64,000 nucleotides of DNA. Source: Patescibacteria group bacterium. GTDB taxonomy: Bacteria > Patescibacteriota > Patescibacteriia > UBA9934. The DNA lies in assembly GCA_041666205.1 (NCBI GenBank), contig JBAYHI010000001.1, forward strand, positions 26,894 through 90,893, in the 5' to 3' direction. A model generated the notes under the pieces. The model did not search any database. It saw only the letters and a list, made by a program, of their open reading frames with translations, and was not told the origin of the DNA. Shown here piece after piece: positions 27,810 through 36,681 of the stretch. Each line of letters begins with the position of its first letter. The first letter of the stretch is position 1. A program made the position numbers and the translations under genes.

Positions 27810-30026
27810 TTACTCTTTTTTATGGGCAGGGCGACGCATTGGTGGGCGACCTGTTGGGGCGCCGGTTTGCGCTTTTGCTTTCATTTCCTCGGTATAGGTA
27901 TTTCCCGTTGCCTGTTTCATCGAGAGGTTTACACGACCCATGCTGTCGATTTCAATGACCTTTACGTGAACCTTGTCGCCAAGCTTCACGATATCACCAA
28001 CTTTTTCAACGCGCCATGGAGCAAGTTCTGAAACGTGCACGAGGCCATCTTTGCCTGGAAGAATCGTTACGAATGCGCCAAAATCCATGATTCGGGCAAC
28101 TTCACCTTCAAATTCTTCTCCAGCTTCCACCTCACGAGTGAGGTTGTGTACCCAATTATACGCCTCTTCTCCAGATTTTTGATCCTTGGCTGTGATCATC
28201 ACGAGGCCTGTTTGTTCAATGTCGATTGCCTGTACACCAGTTTTGGCAATAATCTCGTTAATCATCTTGCCTCCTGGGCCGATGACTTCGCGAATCTTTT
28301 CAGGATTGATATTCAAAGTGAAAATGCGTGGAGCAAAAGGCGAAAGCTCTGCGCGAGGTGCTGCAATGATGTCTTGCATCACTTTGAGGATTTGCAAACG
28401 AGCCTCTTTTCCTTTTTGAAGTGCCTCCACGATGATGTCGTGGGTGATTCCAGCAGTCTTTGTGTCCATTTGAATTGCAGTGATTCCGTCGCGGCTTCCT
28501 GTAATCTTGAAATCCATGCCTCCTGGACCGTCTTCAAGGTCTTGGAGGTCGGTGATTACTTGTGAGCGAGTTGCGTCCGATGCAAGTCCGATTGCAATAC
28601 CAGCAACGGGCTTTTCAAGAGGAACACCGGCGTCCATTAGCGCGAGTGTTGAGGCACATGTGGAGGCCATTGAGCTTGAACCATTTGAATTGAGGACTTC
28701 AGATACAACACGGATGGCGTATGGGAAGTCTTCTTTCTTTGGAAGCATGCATTCAACGGCTTTTTCAGCCAAGGCACCGTGTCCAACCTCGCGACGTCCT
28801 GTTCCGCGGAGGGGTTTTGCCTCGCCAACGGAAAATGGAGGGAAATTGTAGTGATGCATGTATTGCTTTTCGCCAACGGTTTCCATGCCATCGAGCGTTT
28901 GCTTGTCGCCAGGCGCGCCAAGGGTGCAGACGGAAAGCACTTGCGTTTCCCCGCGCATGAAGTGGCCTGAACCGTGTACGCGAGGCAAAACCCCCACTTC
29001 ACTGAATAGTGGTCGTACTTCATCGATCTTGCGACCGTCCACGCGCTGTCCTTTGTCCAAAATGCGTTTTGAGACTTCGCGTTGTACGCCTTCGTAAATG
29101 AGGCCTGAAGCGTAGGCAATTTCATCTTTTGTGCATTCTTTGGCTACAAGCATGTCAGCAAGGCGGTGCTTGAGTTCGATTTTTGCAAGGTTTCGTTCTG
29201 CTTTCGAAGCTTTTGGTGACGCGAAGAACAGTTCATCCATTTGTTCCGAGATGAATTGCTCGGTTATGGCTTTTACTTCGGCTTTGCGTGCAAAAAGCTT
29301 TTCTTCATCGGCATTTTTTGGAGCAAGTACGTCGAGTTTTTCTTTTCCAACGGCTGCGCGTACTTCTTCGATGAGTTTCAAGACTGGTTTCATTTCTTTG
29401 CGACCGAGCTCGAATGCTGCAAGGATTTCTTCCTCTTTTGCATCTTTTCCTCGAGCTTCAATCATTACGACTTTTTCATCAGTTCCAGAAATGTCCAAAT
29501 CAAATTCTGTGGTCAGACGCTGATCGTAGCTAGGATTTAAGATATATTCCCCGTTCAAGCGTGCAACGCGAATCGCTCCGATTGGTCCGTTCCATGGAAT
29601 ATTGCTCATGTGGAGCGCACACGACGCTCCGATAAGCCCCAAGATATCTGGATCGTTTTCTCCGTCAAAGGAAAGCGCTGAGACGATGATTTGCACTTCG
29701 TTTGTAATACGTTCATCAAAGAGTGGACGGATTGCGCGGTCAACGAATCGGCCAACAAGCACTGCTTCGTCGGTTGGTCGGCCTTCACGCTTAATGAAGC
29801 GGGAGCCTTTAATACGTCCTGCTGCGTAGAGTTTTTCCTCGAAATCAACCATGAGTGGGAAATATCCCAAGTTCTGGGCTTTCTCCGCTGACATGACTGC
29901 GGTTACGAGCACGACGGTGTCGCCCATCTGCACAGTTACGGCAGCATTTGCGGCTTGCGCAAAGCGACCGGTTTCAATGGTGAGCGTTTTTCCACAAAAT
30001 TCTGTGGAGAATGTTTTTTTATCCAT
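27810..30026 (-). CDS. pnp: Polyribonucleotide nucleotidyltransferase
   Basis: FIKREGRP, RREVGHG, SNGSSSMAS, DFKITG, KH and S1 domains. Confidence 0.98.
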   Translation of the reverse strand: MDKKTFSTEFCGKTLTIETGRFAQAANAAVTVQMGDTVVLVTAVMSAEKAQNLGYFPLMVDFEEKLYAAGRIKGSRFIKREGRPTDEAVLVGRFVDRAIRPLFDERITNEVQIIVSALSFDGENDPDILGLIGASCALHMSNIPWNGPIGAIRVARLNGEYILNPSYDQRLTTEFDLDISGTDEKVVMIEARGKDAKEEEILAAFELGRKEMKPVLKLIEEVRAAVGKEKLDVLAPKNADEEKLFARKAEVKAITEQFISEQMDELFFASPKASKAERNLAKIELKHRLADMLVAKECTKDEIAYASGLIYEGVQREVSKRILDKGQRVDGRKIDEVRPLFSEVGVLPRVHGSGHFMRGETQVLSVCTLGAPGDKQTLDGMETVGEKQYMHHYNFPPFSVGEAKPLRGTGRREVGHGALAEKAVECMLPKKEDFPYAIRVVSEVLNSNGSSSMASTCASTLALMDAGVPLEKPVAGIAIGLASDATRSQVITDLQDLEDGPGGMDFKITGSRDGITAIQMDTKTAGITHDIIVEALQKGKEARLQILKVMQDIIAAPRAELSPFAPRIFTLNINPEKIREVIGPGGKMINEIIAKTGVQAIDIEQTGLVMITAKDQKSGEEAYNWVHNLTREVEAGEEFEGEVARIMDFGAFVTILPGKDGLVHVSELAPWRVEKVGDIVKLGDKVHVKVIEIDSMGRVNLSMKQATGNTYTEEMKAKAQTGAPTGRPPMRRPAHKKE

Positions 30027-30039
30027 AAGATAGATAGCA

Positions 30040-30100
30040 TTCCGTTCAGCGCGGAAGACTTTAAGGGTTCGCCTTAAAAATCTCTGCGTGCTGAACAGAA
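30040..30100 (-). promoter_or_regulatory. Long stem-loop in pnp 5' leader
   Basis: Imperfect ~25-bp stem (TTCAGC...GCTGAA outer arms) just upstream of the start codon. Confidence 0.55.
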
Positions 30101-30117
30101 CGATTAATTAGTAAGAA

Positions 30118-30729
30118 TTAAAAGGTCAATCGGCGGGTGCGAGATTCATCTACTTCCTCTGGATTTGTGTGAGCCACAGGAGCTGGAGCAGATTTTTTTT
30201 GAATTGGCGCCTTATCCTCGTGCTGATCACGTCCCATAATCAGGAATTTGCGCTTATTTTCAGAGAGGTTCATGTATTCATCGCACAAACTCACAAGGTT
30301 CGATGATGTGGTTTCGCGGAATGACGCAACGCGCGCAATGCGACCACGGCTTTGAATGAATTGAACGAGCGGCATATAGTCGCCGTCGCCTGAAACAATC
30401 ACCACAACGTCGAGCATATCAAGCATACGAATAATGTCGACTGTGATTCCCACATCCCAATCCCCTTTTTTGACGCCCGAAGTAAATTCTTGAAGTTCTT
30501 TTGACTTCACTTCAATGCCGTTTTTGCGGAGTGCCTCAAAAAAAGGTTCTTCGTCGCCTCCTTTTGTGGAAATGGTGTAGGCAATGGCTCGAATGAGCTG
30601 AGCATCGCCTGCGGACTCTCGAACAATGTTTGCAAAATTGACTTTGCGATTGAAAAGATTGCGAGCACTATAGTACATGTTTTGGACATCAATGAAAACG
30701 CCAACGCGGCGGGTAGTAGTAGACAACAT
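30118..30729 (-). CDS. NYN domain (LabA/PIN-like) protein
   Basis: VFIDVQN, KGDWDVGITVD, VSGDGDY. Confidence 0.9.
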   Translation of the reverse strand: MLSTTTRRVGVFIDVQNMYYSARNLFNRKVNFANIVRESAGDAQLIRAIAYTISTKGGDEEPFFEALRKNGIEVKSKELQEFTSGVKKGDWDVGITVDIIRMLDMLDVVVIVSGDGDYMPLVQFIQSRGRIARVASFRETTSSNLVSLCDEYMNLSENKRKFLIMGRDQHEDKAPIQKKSAPAPVAHTNPEEVDESRTRRLTF

Positions 30730-30773
30730 ATTTTTAAAAAACAATGGAAACCCGTATAAAACGGGTTTCCTTT

Positions 30774-31046
30774 TTAATTTGAGACTCGGAGTTCAAGGGC
30801 TTCGACCAATGCGTCGTGGCCTTTTTTATCTTCACGTTCAAGATACTTGAGAAGGCGACGTCGTTCCACAACTTTCTTTACAAGACCTCGGCGTGAGCTG
30901 AAATCTTTTTTATGCATGCGCAAGTGCTTGGTCAAATCTTTGACTTCTGCAGTAAGAATTGCGATCTGCACTTGAGGAGAGCCCGTATCGGTTGCGTGGA
31001 CTTTGAACTTATCGATGATGTTTTGCTTTTGCTGTTTGCTGAGCAT
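30774..31046 (-). CDS. rpsO: 30S ribosomal protein S15
   Basis: DTGSPQVQIAILT, HKKDFSSRRGL. Confidence 0.98.
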   Translation of the reverse strand: MLSKQQKQNIIDKFKVHATDTGSPQVQIAILTAEVKDLTKHLRMHKKDFSSRRGLVKKVVERRRLLKYLEREDKKGHDALVEALELRVSN

Positions 31047-31204
31047 AGAAAAATCTTATTTCATCTCTGGGATCTTAGATTTACGCCGCTCAAGCGAAAA
31101 TCCATGGTCTCGAGCTTTATTAATAGGCAAACTATATAGAAAATCGGCTAATCTGTCAAGAAAATCGTTTGAGAGTCTGGCATTGTGTCGTATAATATAG
31201 AGGT

Positions 31205-32128
31205 ATGGCAAAAACACTCGATAGTTACATCAAAAACTTCCTAGAATATTTGGAAATTGAGCGTGGGCGATCGCCAAAGACAATACGAAATTATGCGTTT
31301 TACTTGAATCGGTTTGCGGAATGGGCAAAAAATCCAGTTCCCTCAAAGATTACGGCCGACATGATTCACGATTATCGCCTCTATCTTAATCGATCAATTG
31401 ATGGGCGAGATGGACAGAATTTGAAGAAAAGCACCCAAAATTATCATTTGATTGCCCTGCGAGCGTTCCTTAAGTATTTAGCAAAAGAAGACGTACGCGT
31501 CATTTCCGCAAATAAGATCGAACTTGCAAAGCAAGGAACGCGCACCGTGGCGTTTTTGGAGCCAGAGGAGCTAGAGCGTCTCCGAGTTGCGCCAAAAGAA
31601 ACAGGAGGAATCATTGGACTCCGCGACCAAGCAATCATTGAAACGTTGTTTTCGGCTGGACTTCGCGTATCAGAACTCGCAAACCTTCGAATTGACGGAA
31701 TCAACTTGAATCGCGACGAGTTTACGATTAAAGGAAAGGGCAGCAAACACCGCGTGGTTTTTCTCTCGCCCGAGGCACGCGCAACCATTCGTGCGTATAC
31801 AAATGCGCGAAAAGACACTTCTCCGCATCTTTTTGTGAGCCATGACCCGGCAAAACGAAAGCGCGGGATTGTGGATCCGCTCACGCCACGCTCAATTCAG
31901 CGCACAATTGATCGCTATGCGCGTCAAGCTGGAATTACCAAGCGAATTACCCCTCACGTGCTTCGTCATACATTCGCAACCGATTTGCTCCGCAACGGAG
32001 CTGACTTGCGTTCCGTGCAGGCGCTTCTTGGCCATGAGTCCATTTCAACCACCCAGATTTACACGCATATTACCGATAAAGAACTCCGAAGAGTCCACAA
32101 AACGTTCCACGATAAGAAGCAGGCTTGA
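31205..32128 (+). CDS. XerC/XerD-like tyrosine recombinase
   Basis: GLRVSEL, KGKGSKHR, TPHVLRHTFAT, LLGH..ISTTQIYTH. Confidence 0.93.
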   Translation: MAKTLDSYIKNFLEYLEIERGRSPKTIRNYAFYLNRFAEWAKNPVPSKITADMIHDYRLYLNRSIDGRDGQNLKKSTQNYHLIALRAFLKYLAKEDVRVISANKIELAKQGTRTVAFLEPEELERLRVAPKETGGIIGLRDQAIIETLFSAGLRVSELANLRIDGINLNRDEFTIKGKGSKHRVVFLSPEARATIRAYTNARKDTSPHLFVSHDPAKRKRGIVDPLTPRSIQRTIDRYARQAGITKRITPHVLRHTFATDLLRNGADLRSVQALLGHESISTTQIYTHITDKELRRVHKTFHDKKQA

Positions 32129-32176
32129 TTTATTTCATTTTTTGTGGCATTATCCCTGTCGCAAACGGTTTGACGA

Positions 32177-32253
32177 GCACCCATAGCTCAACTGGATAGA
32201 GCAGGAGGGTTCTAACCTCAAGGTTGTAGGTTCAAGTCCTACTGGGTGCACCA
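32177..32253 (+). tRNA. tRNA-Arg(TCT)
   Basis: Cloverleaf, GCACCCA/TGGGTGC, anticodon loop GTTCTAA, CCA. Confidence 0.92.
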
Positions 32254-32263
32254 CGGAAATTAT

Positions 32264-32339
32264 GGCGGCTATAGCACAATGGTTAGTGCACTGGGTTGTG
32301 GTCCCAGCTATAAGGGTTCGATTCCCTTTAGTCGCCCCA
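32264..32339 (+). tRNA. tRNA-His(GTG)
   Basis: Encoded G-1, anticodon GTG, C discriminator, CCA. Confidence 0.95.
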
Positions 32340-32547
32340 TTAAAAAATCTCTGCAAACGCAGAGGTTTTTTAATAGTCGTTTAGGAATTGAACCCTTATA
32401 GCTGGTTGAATTCGGGTTCGATGACCAAACGAGCGAGGAAAACAGAATCCTTTTCTGATTTCCGAGCGAGAGCAGAACATCTGGCAAAGCCAGATTCCCT
32501 TTAGTCGCCCCATTGAAAAATCTCTGCAAACGCAGAGGTTTTTTAAT
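32320..32547 (+). repeat. 55-bp direct repeat of tRNA-His 3' end plus terminator (32320-32374 and 32493-32547)
   Basis: 54/55 identical; inverted tRNA fragment at 32384-32405 lies between the copies. Confidence 0.9.
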
Positions 32548-32556
32548 TGTGTCGTC

Positions 32557-32582
32557 GTAGGGACGTTGCCTGCAACGTCCGT
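32557..32582 (+). repeat. GTAG-type REP-like palindrome
   Basis: GTAGGGACGTTGCCTGCAACGTCC; near-identical at 58374 and 59716. Confidence 0.8.
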
Positions 32583-32645
32583 GAATCTGTTGGGGTGGCC
32601 CAATGTGGCCACCCATTGCTGTTGTTTTATGTTAATATGTCCTAT

Positions 32646-33428
32646 ATGCCATCAAAATCTTCCCTTCTCATCTCCTGGAACGTAAACGGCGTTCGGGCTG
32701 TGCTCAAAAAAGGATTTTTGGCGTGGATGAAGGAAGTTTCGCCTGATGTTTTGTGCATTCAAGAAACAAAAGCTCAAATTCCCCAAATTCCAGAAGACGC
32801 AGTACATCCAGAAGGCTATATTGGCGTTTGGAGTTTTCCAGAGCGCAAAGGTTATAGTGGAGTTGCGACATTCATAAAAGACGAACCAAAAGCAATTATT
32901 TCAACGTTTGGCGAACCTTTGCTTGATGAAGAAGGTCGAATTATTCTTACCGAACATGAAGATTTCTACTTGTTCAACGTTTATTTCCCAAATGGTGGGC
33001 GCGACGACGATCGATTGAAATACAAAATGAAGTTTTACGATCGATTTTTGGATCTGATCGAAGAGTATCGCAAAAAGAAACCGGTAATCTTTTGTGGCGA
33101 TGTAAATACGGCGCATCACGAAATCGACATTGCGCGACCAAAAGAAAATGAGAAAAACTCCGGTTTCATGCCAATAGAGCGCAAATGGCTCGATAAATTG
33201 GAAGAACACGGATTTGTCGACGCGTTCCGTCATTTCCATCCTGACGCAAAAGACGAATATTCCTGGTGGGACGTAAAATCCGGTGCGAGACTTCGCAATG
33301 TGGGCTGGCGAATTGATTATTTCTGGGTCGACAAGGCAATTTTGCCAAAAGTAAAAGAAGCATTTATTTGGCAGAATGTGCGCGGGTCAGATCATTGCCC
33401 GGTTGAAATCCGTATCGAAGCCAAGTAG
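32646..33428 (+). CDS. xth: Exodeoxyribonuclease III
   Basis: SWNVNG, IQETK, GYSGV, GDVNTAH, GWRIDY, SDHCP. Confidence 0.96.
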   Translation: MPSKSSLLISWNVNGVRAVLKKGFLAWMKEVSPDVLCIQETKAQIPQIPEDAVHPEGYIGVWSFPERKGYSGVATFIKDEPKAIISTFGEPLLDEEGRIILTEHEDFYLFNVYFPNGGRDDDRLKYKMKFYDRFLDLIEEYRKKKPVIFCGDVNTAHHEIDIARPKENEKNSGFMPIERKWLDKLEEHGFVDAFRHFHPDAKDEYSWWDVKSGARLRNVGWRIDYFWVDKAILPKVKEAFIWQNVRGSDHCPVEIRIEAK

Positions 33429-33488
33429 TTTTTCCTTTACAATTGGCAATTTTCGAGGTAAAAAGAGTACGCGTTACTCTTTTTATTT

Positions 33489-33926
33489 ATGACAGAAGAA
33501 ATCAAAAAACTTTATCGTTCAAAGAAAGATCGTATTCTTTTTGGCGTTTGTGGTGGGCTTGCCGAGTTTTTCGGCATCGACGCCACGCTTGTACGCGTTA
33601 TTTTCATTATCCTGGCGCTCGTTCACGGAATCGGCATCTTGGTTTATCTCGCGCTTTGGCTTCTTGTGCCAGAAAAACACGAGGTCGGTCAGCCAGCCGC
33701 GGAAATTGTTACCCCACAGGAGATTACAACACCTCAACTTGAGGAGCGAAAAGTCGAGGCCATGTCGTGGTTTGAGAAAAACCGAACCACGCTCGGCGCA
33801 GGGATTATTGCCATTGGTTTTTTCATTCTATTTGGCAATTGGTTCTCTTGGCACTTCCTTGAGGTCTTGTTTTGGCCATCAATTATCATTCTTGGCGGTC
33901 TATTCCTAATTTTTAGAAAAAAATAA
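33489..33926 (+). CDS. PspC domain membrane protein
   Basis: LYRS..DRILFGVCGGLAEFFGID..LVR. Confidence 0.92.
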   Translation: MTEEIKKLYRSKKDRILFGVCGGLAEFFGIDATLVRVIFIILALVHGIGILVYLALWLLVPEKHEVGQPAAEIVTPQEITTPQLEERKVEAMSWFEKNRTTLGAGIIAIGFFILFGNWFSWHFLEVLFWPSIIILGGLFLIFRKK

Positions 33927-33927
33927 T

Positions 33928-34935
33928 ATGGAAACTCCAGAACAAAATTTGCATCCAGATTATTCAACCGAGAGTCATCGTGTTAGCGAAACGCCGGTTG
34001 CACCAGCCCCTGAAAAGAAAATTGAAGTTATTGCGCCAAAGAAACGTCACGTTAATTTGGGCGGGATTTTCCTCGGAATCATCATTTTATTCATTGGATT
34101 TGGACTTTTGGGCAAGAACCTCGGGATCATTCCAGATTTTTCCGTAAATATTTTCGAACTCTGGCCAATCCTCATTATCGTTGCTGGTCTTTCCCTGCTC
34201 TCTGGCAAAGGTCGCTTGTGGATTTTGTTTGGAACGCTTGTGATGATTGTTTGCCTTTGCATTGTGGCAGTATTTGGATTCTTTGCGTCAAATGAAAATG
34301 ATGTCGTTCTGACGTCTCCATTTTCGATTGAACGAGGAACATCGGTTCAAAACGGCCAGCTCACGGTGCATCACGGGATGGGCAATTTGAATTTGATTGG
34401 CGATCCATTTGCCTTTATCGATGGTGAACTGCGTTCAAGCATGTCTCGCATCACTTCTGATTCACGCATTGGCGCCAATGGCACGCAATACGTTGAGGTT
34501 GGAATGGACGGTGAAAATGGTTTTGTATGGGGCAATATGCAAAACGACATGGATTTGCGTGTTTCCGATACGTTGCCAATGGATTTGGTGATTGAAAGCG
34601 GAGCATCAAACATGAATTTGGATTTCCGCACCATGCTCATTCGTAGTTTGGATTTGAAAACCGGCGCATCAGGAGTGAATTTACAATTCGGGAATTTTGT
34701 AGATGGCGCGCAACTCGGCGTTGAAGCGGGCGCCAGTTCCGTCGAAATCTATTTCCCGACGGATGTTGGTGTGGAAATGCGCCTGGATGCTGGCCTTACG
34801 AGCAAAAATTTACACAATTTCCATGAAGTATCAGATGGCGTGTACCAGTCAGACAATTACGACCGTGTAAATACACACGTCACACTCGATTTAACACTCG
34901 GTGCTGCGGATCTCACAATCGATTGGTTGGAATAA
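33928..34935 (+). CDS. LiaF/LiaI-type TM region plus beta-repeat extracellular domain (envelope stress)
   Basis: LWPILIIVAGL motif, repeated GAS/GAA beta-strands; follows the PspC gene. Confidence 0.7.
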   Translation: METPEQNLHPDYSTESHRVSETPVAPAPEKKIEVIAPKKRHVNLGGIFLGIIILFIGFGLLGKNLGIIPDFSVNIFELWPILIIVAGLSLLSGKGRLWILFGTLVMIVCLCIVAVFGFFASNENDVVLTSPFSIERGTSVQNGQLTVHHGMGNLNLIGDPFAFIDGELRSSMSRITSDSRIGANGTQYVEVGMDGENGFVWGNMQNDMDLRVSDTLPMDLVIESGASNMNLDFRTMLIRSLDLKTGASGVNLQFGNFVDGAQLGVEAGASSVEIYFPTDVGVEMRLDAGLTSKNLHNFHEVSDGVYQSDNYDRVNTHVTLDLTLGAADLTIDWLE

Positions 34936-34941
34936 CGGAAT

Positions 34942-34980
34942 AATCCTCCGAAGCCCCGCCTTGCGGGGCGAAGGAGGATT
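34942..34980. repeat. CCGAAGC...GCGAAGG palindrome family
   Basis: AATCCTCCGAAGCCCCGC..GCGGGGCGAAGGAGGATT; related to 41920, 42187 and 42258. Confidence 0.6.
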
Positions 34981-35027
34981 CTTGCCAAAATTTGCCGTAC
35001 TGCTACCCTACTTGGTAGGAGTACCGT

Positions 35028-35804
35028 ATGAAAAAAACAATCTCATCAATTATTGCTCTAGCCTTGTGCATTGGCGTTGTTGTTTTCTTGTGGTCTTTGC
35101 AAGAACGTCATAAGAATGAGCCATCTTACAACATTGAAAAGACAATTTCAGAGATCGTGCTTGCGTCAAACGTGCGCGCGACGCCTCGCAATCAAGAATT
35201 TTTGTGGCATGTTGGGCGCGAGATGGAATATATGATCGAAGGTCTTGGGGTTGAGGCCCCAAATGTGGGAATCGAACAGCGACGCGCAGCAGAGGCCTAT
35301 TTGGCAAGTCACGGTTTCCAGGAGGATTTGTTTAATGCGTTCATTACAGACTCGGCCTCTGTGATGGGATACCGGCACGATGGAGAGGTCTGCATATTGG
35401 CATTTATTCCAACGCGCGACGAGGAAGGCGAGAATGAATCAAATTCAACAACGCTTGGAGTTCAGTGCGGAGCAACCAACGACCCTCTGGAACCAAAAGG
35501 CACCTATGATTCTTCCCTTCTGTCGGCACTCGCTCTTTCTATTGGGTTTGATGCGATGAAAGGATCAACGGAAATCCTTTATCAAGATGAAACGCATATT
35601 CGAGGGACAGTCTCCTATGAGGGCGCAGATGATGGAAAAGAGTATTCGAGCGCATTTCTTGCACATTACAATGGGGTAGCGTGGACGGTGTTTTGGAATG
35701 GGACGGGCGCGTATGCGTGCCAGCAGGCACGAGATTTGGAGTTCTTACGTGAGATGATTACGGATTGCACGGAAGAAATCGTTGACGAAGCAGTGAAATC
35801 GTGA
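35028..35804 (+). CDS. Hypothetical exported protein
   Basis: N-terminal TM helix, paired Cys. Confidence 0.7.
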   Translation: MKKTISSIIALALCIGVVVFLWSLQERHKNEPSYNIEKTISEIVLASNVRATPRNQEFLWHVGREMEYMIEGLGVEAPNVGIEQRRAAEAYLASHGFQEDLFNAFITDSASVMGYRHDGEVCILAFIPTRDEEGENESNSTTLGVQCGATNDPLEPKGTYDSSLLSALALSIGFDAMKGSTEILYQDETHIRGTVSYEGADDGKEYSSAFLAHYNGVAWTVFWNGTGAYACQQARDLEFLREMITDCTEEIVDEAVKS

Positions 35805-35831
35805 TATTTTGGCTAAAAATCAATAAAAAAT

Positions 35832-36614
35832 ATGAATAAATTTTTATTTGCCTTGCTAGGTATCGCTCTTCTTGGCGCAGGATGCTTTGCGGCGACCACG
35901 GAACCAACAGAAGAGGCAGAAGATGACGCCAACGTTGTCCTCACAAGCCCAGCAGAAGGCGCAATCGTAACGTCGCCAATGACAATCACAGGGCGCGGTC
36001 GTGTATTTGAGAGTACAGTCGCTTGGCGCATTTTGGATAGCGCCGGAGAAGTAGCACTTGAAGGAAATACGATGACTGATGCACCTGATGCGGGCGAATT
36101 TGGAGATTTTGAAGAAAAGATCTTCCTTCCAGCGCTTACAAATGAATCTTTCACCCTTGAAGTGTTTACCTATTCCCCACGCGATGGCGCACAAATGGAC
36201 CTGGTAACGCGCAACTTGAAGCTCGATTCAACGGAAAAATCATCGGTTGAGGTTTACTTTGTCGATCAAGCAGCCGCAGAATACGGAGATTGCTCTGCTG
36301 TTGACTTTGAGAAACGCACCATGGCCTATACAGCCAATGTTGCAGAACTTGCACTTACCGAACTTCTTAAGGGGCCAACTGCAGAATGGGCCACAACGCT
36401 GATTCCAAATTTCACCACAATCAAATCTGTTTCAGTGAAGAACGGCGTTGCAACAGTCGAATTTGAGAGTCCAGACACGAATGAGTGGAGTGGTGGATCA
36501 TGTCGAGTTACAGCAATGCATGCTCAACTTGAGAAAACGCTTACGCAATTTAGCACGGTTCAGTCAGTTGAGATCTCCGTAAATGGTGAAACCGAATCCA
36601 TCTTCCAGCCATAA
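35832..36614 (+). CDS. Lipoprotein with Gmad2 Ig-like and GerMN domains
   Basis: LLGAGC lipobox, GRGRVFESTV, ALTELLKGPT, GGSCRV, TLTQFSTV..V.ISVNG. Confidence 0.85.
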   Translation: MNKFLFALLGIALLGAGCFAATTEPTEEAEDDANVVLTSPAEGAIVTSPMTITGRGRVFESTVAWRILDSAGEVALEGNTMTDAPDAGEFGDFEEKIFLPALTNESFTLEVFTYSPRDGAQMDLVTRNLKLDSTEKSSVEVYFVDQAAAEYGDCSAVDFEKRTMAYTANVAELALTELLKGPTAEWATTLIPNFTTIKSVSVKNGVATVEFESPDTNEWSGGSCRVTAMHAQLEKTLTQFSTVQSVEISVNGETESIFQP

Positions 36615-36681
36615 TTTGAAACAAAAAGACGCCTTTGCGGGCGTCTTTTTTATTTCTCCCGAACTGATACACTGGTGTCGT

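Noticed and set aside
31205-32547. Prophage or integron
   Set aside because: No phage genes; recombinase looks like housekeeping Xer with no obvious IntI insertion; no attC-type ends around the orphan cassettes.
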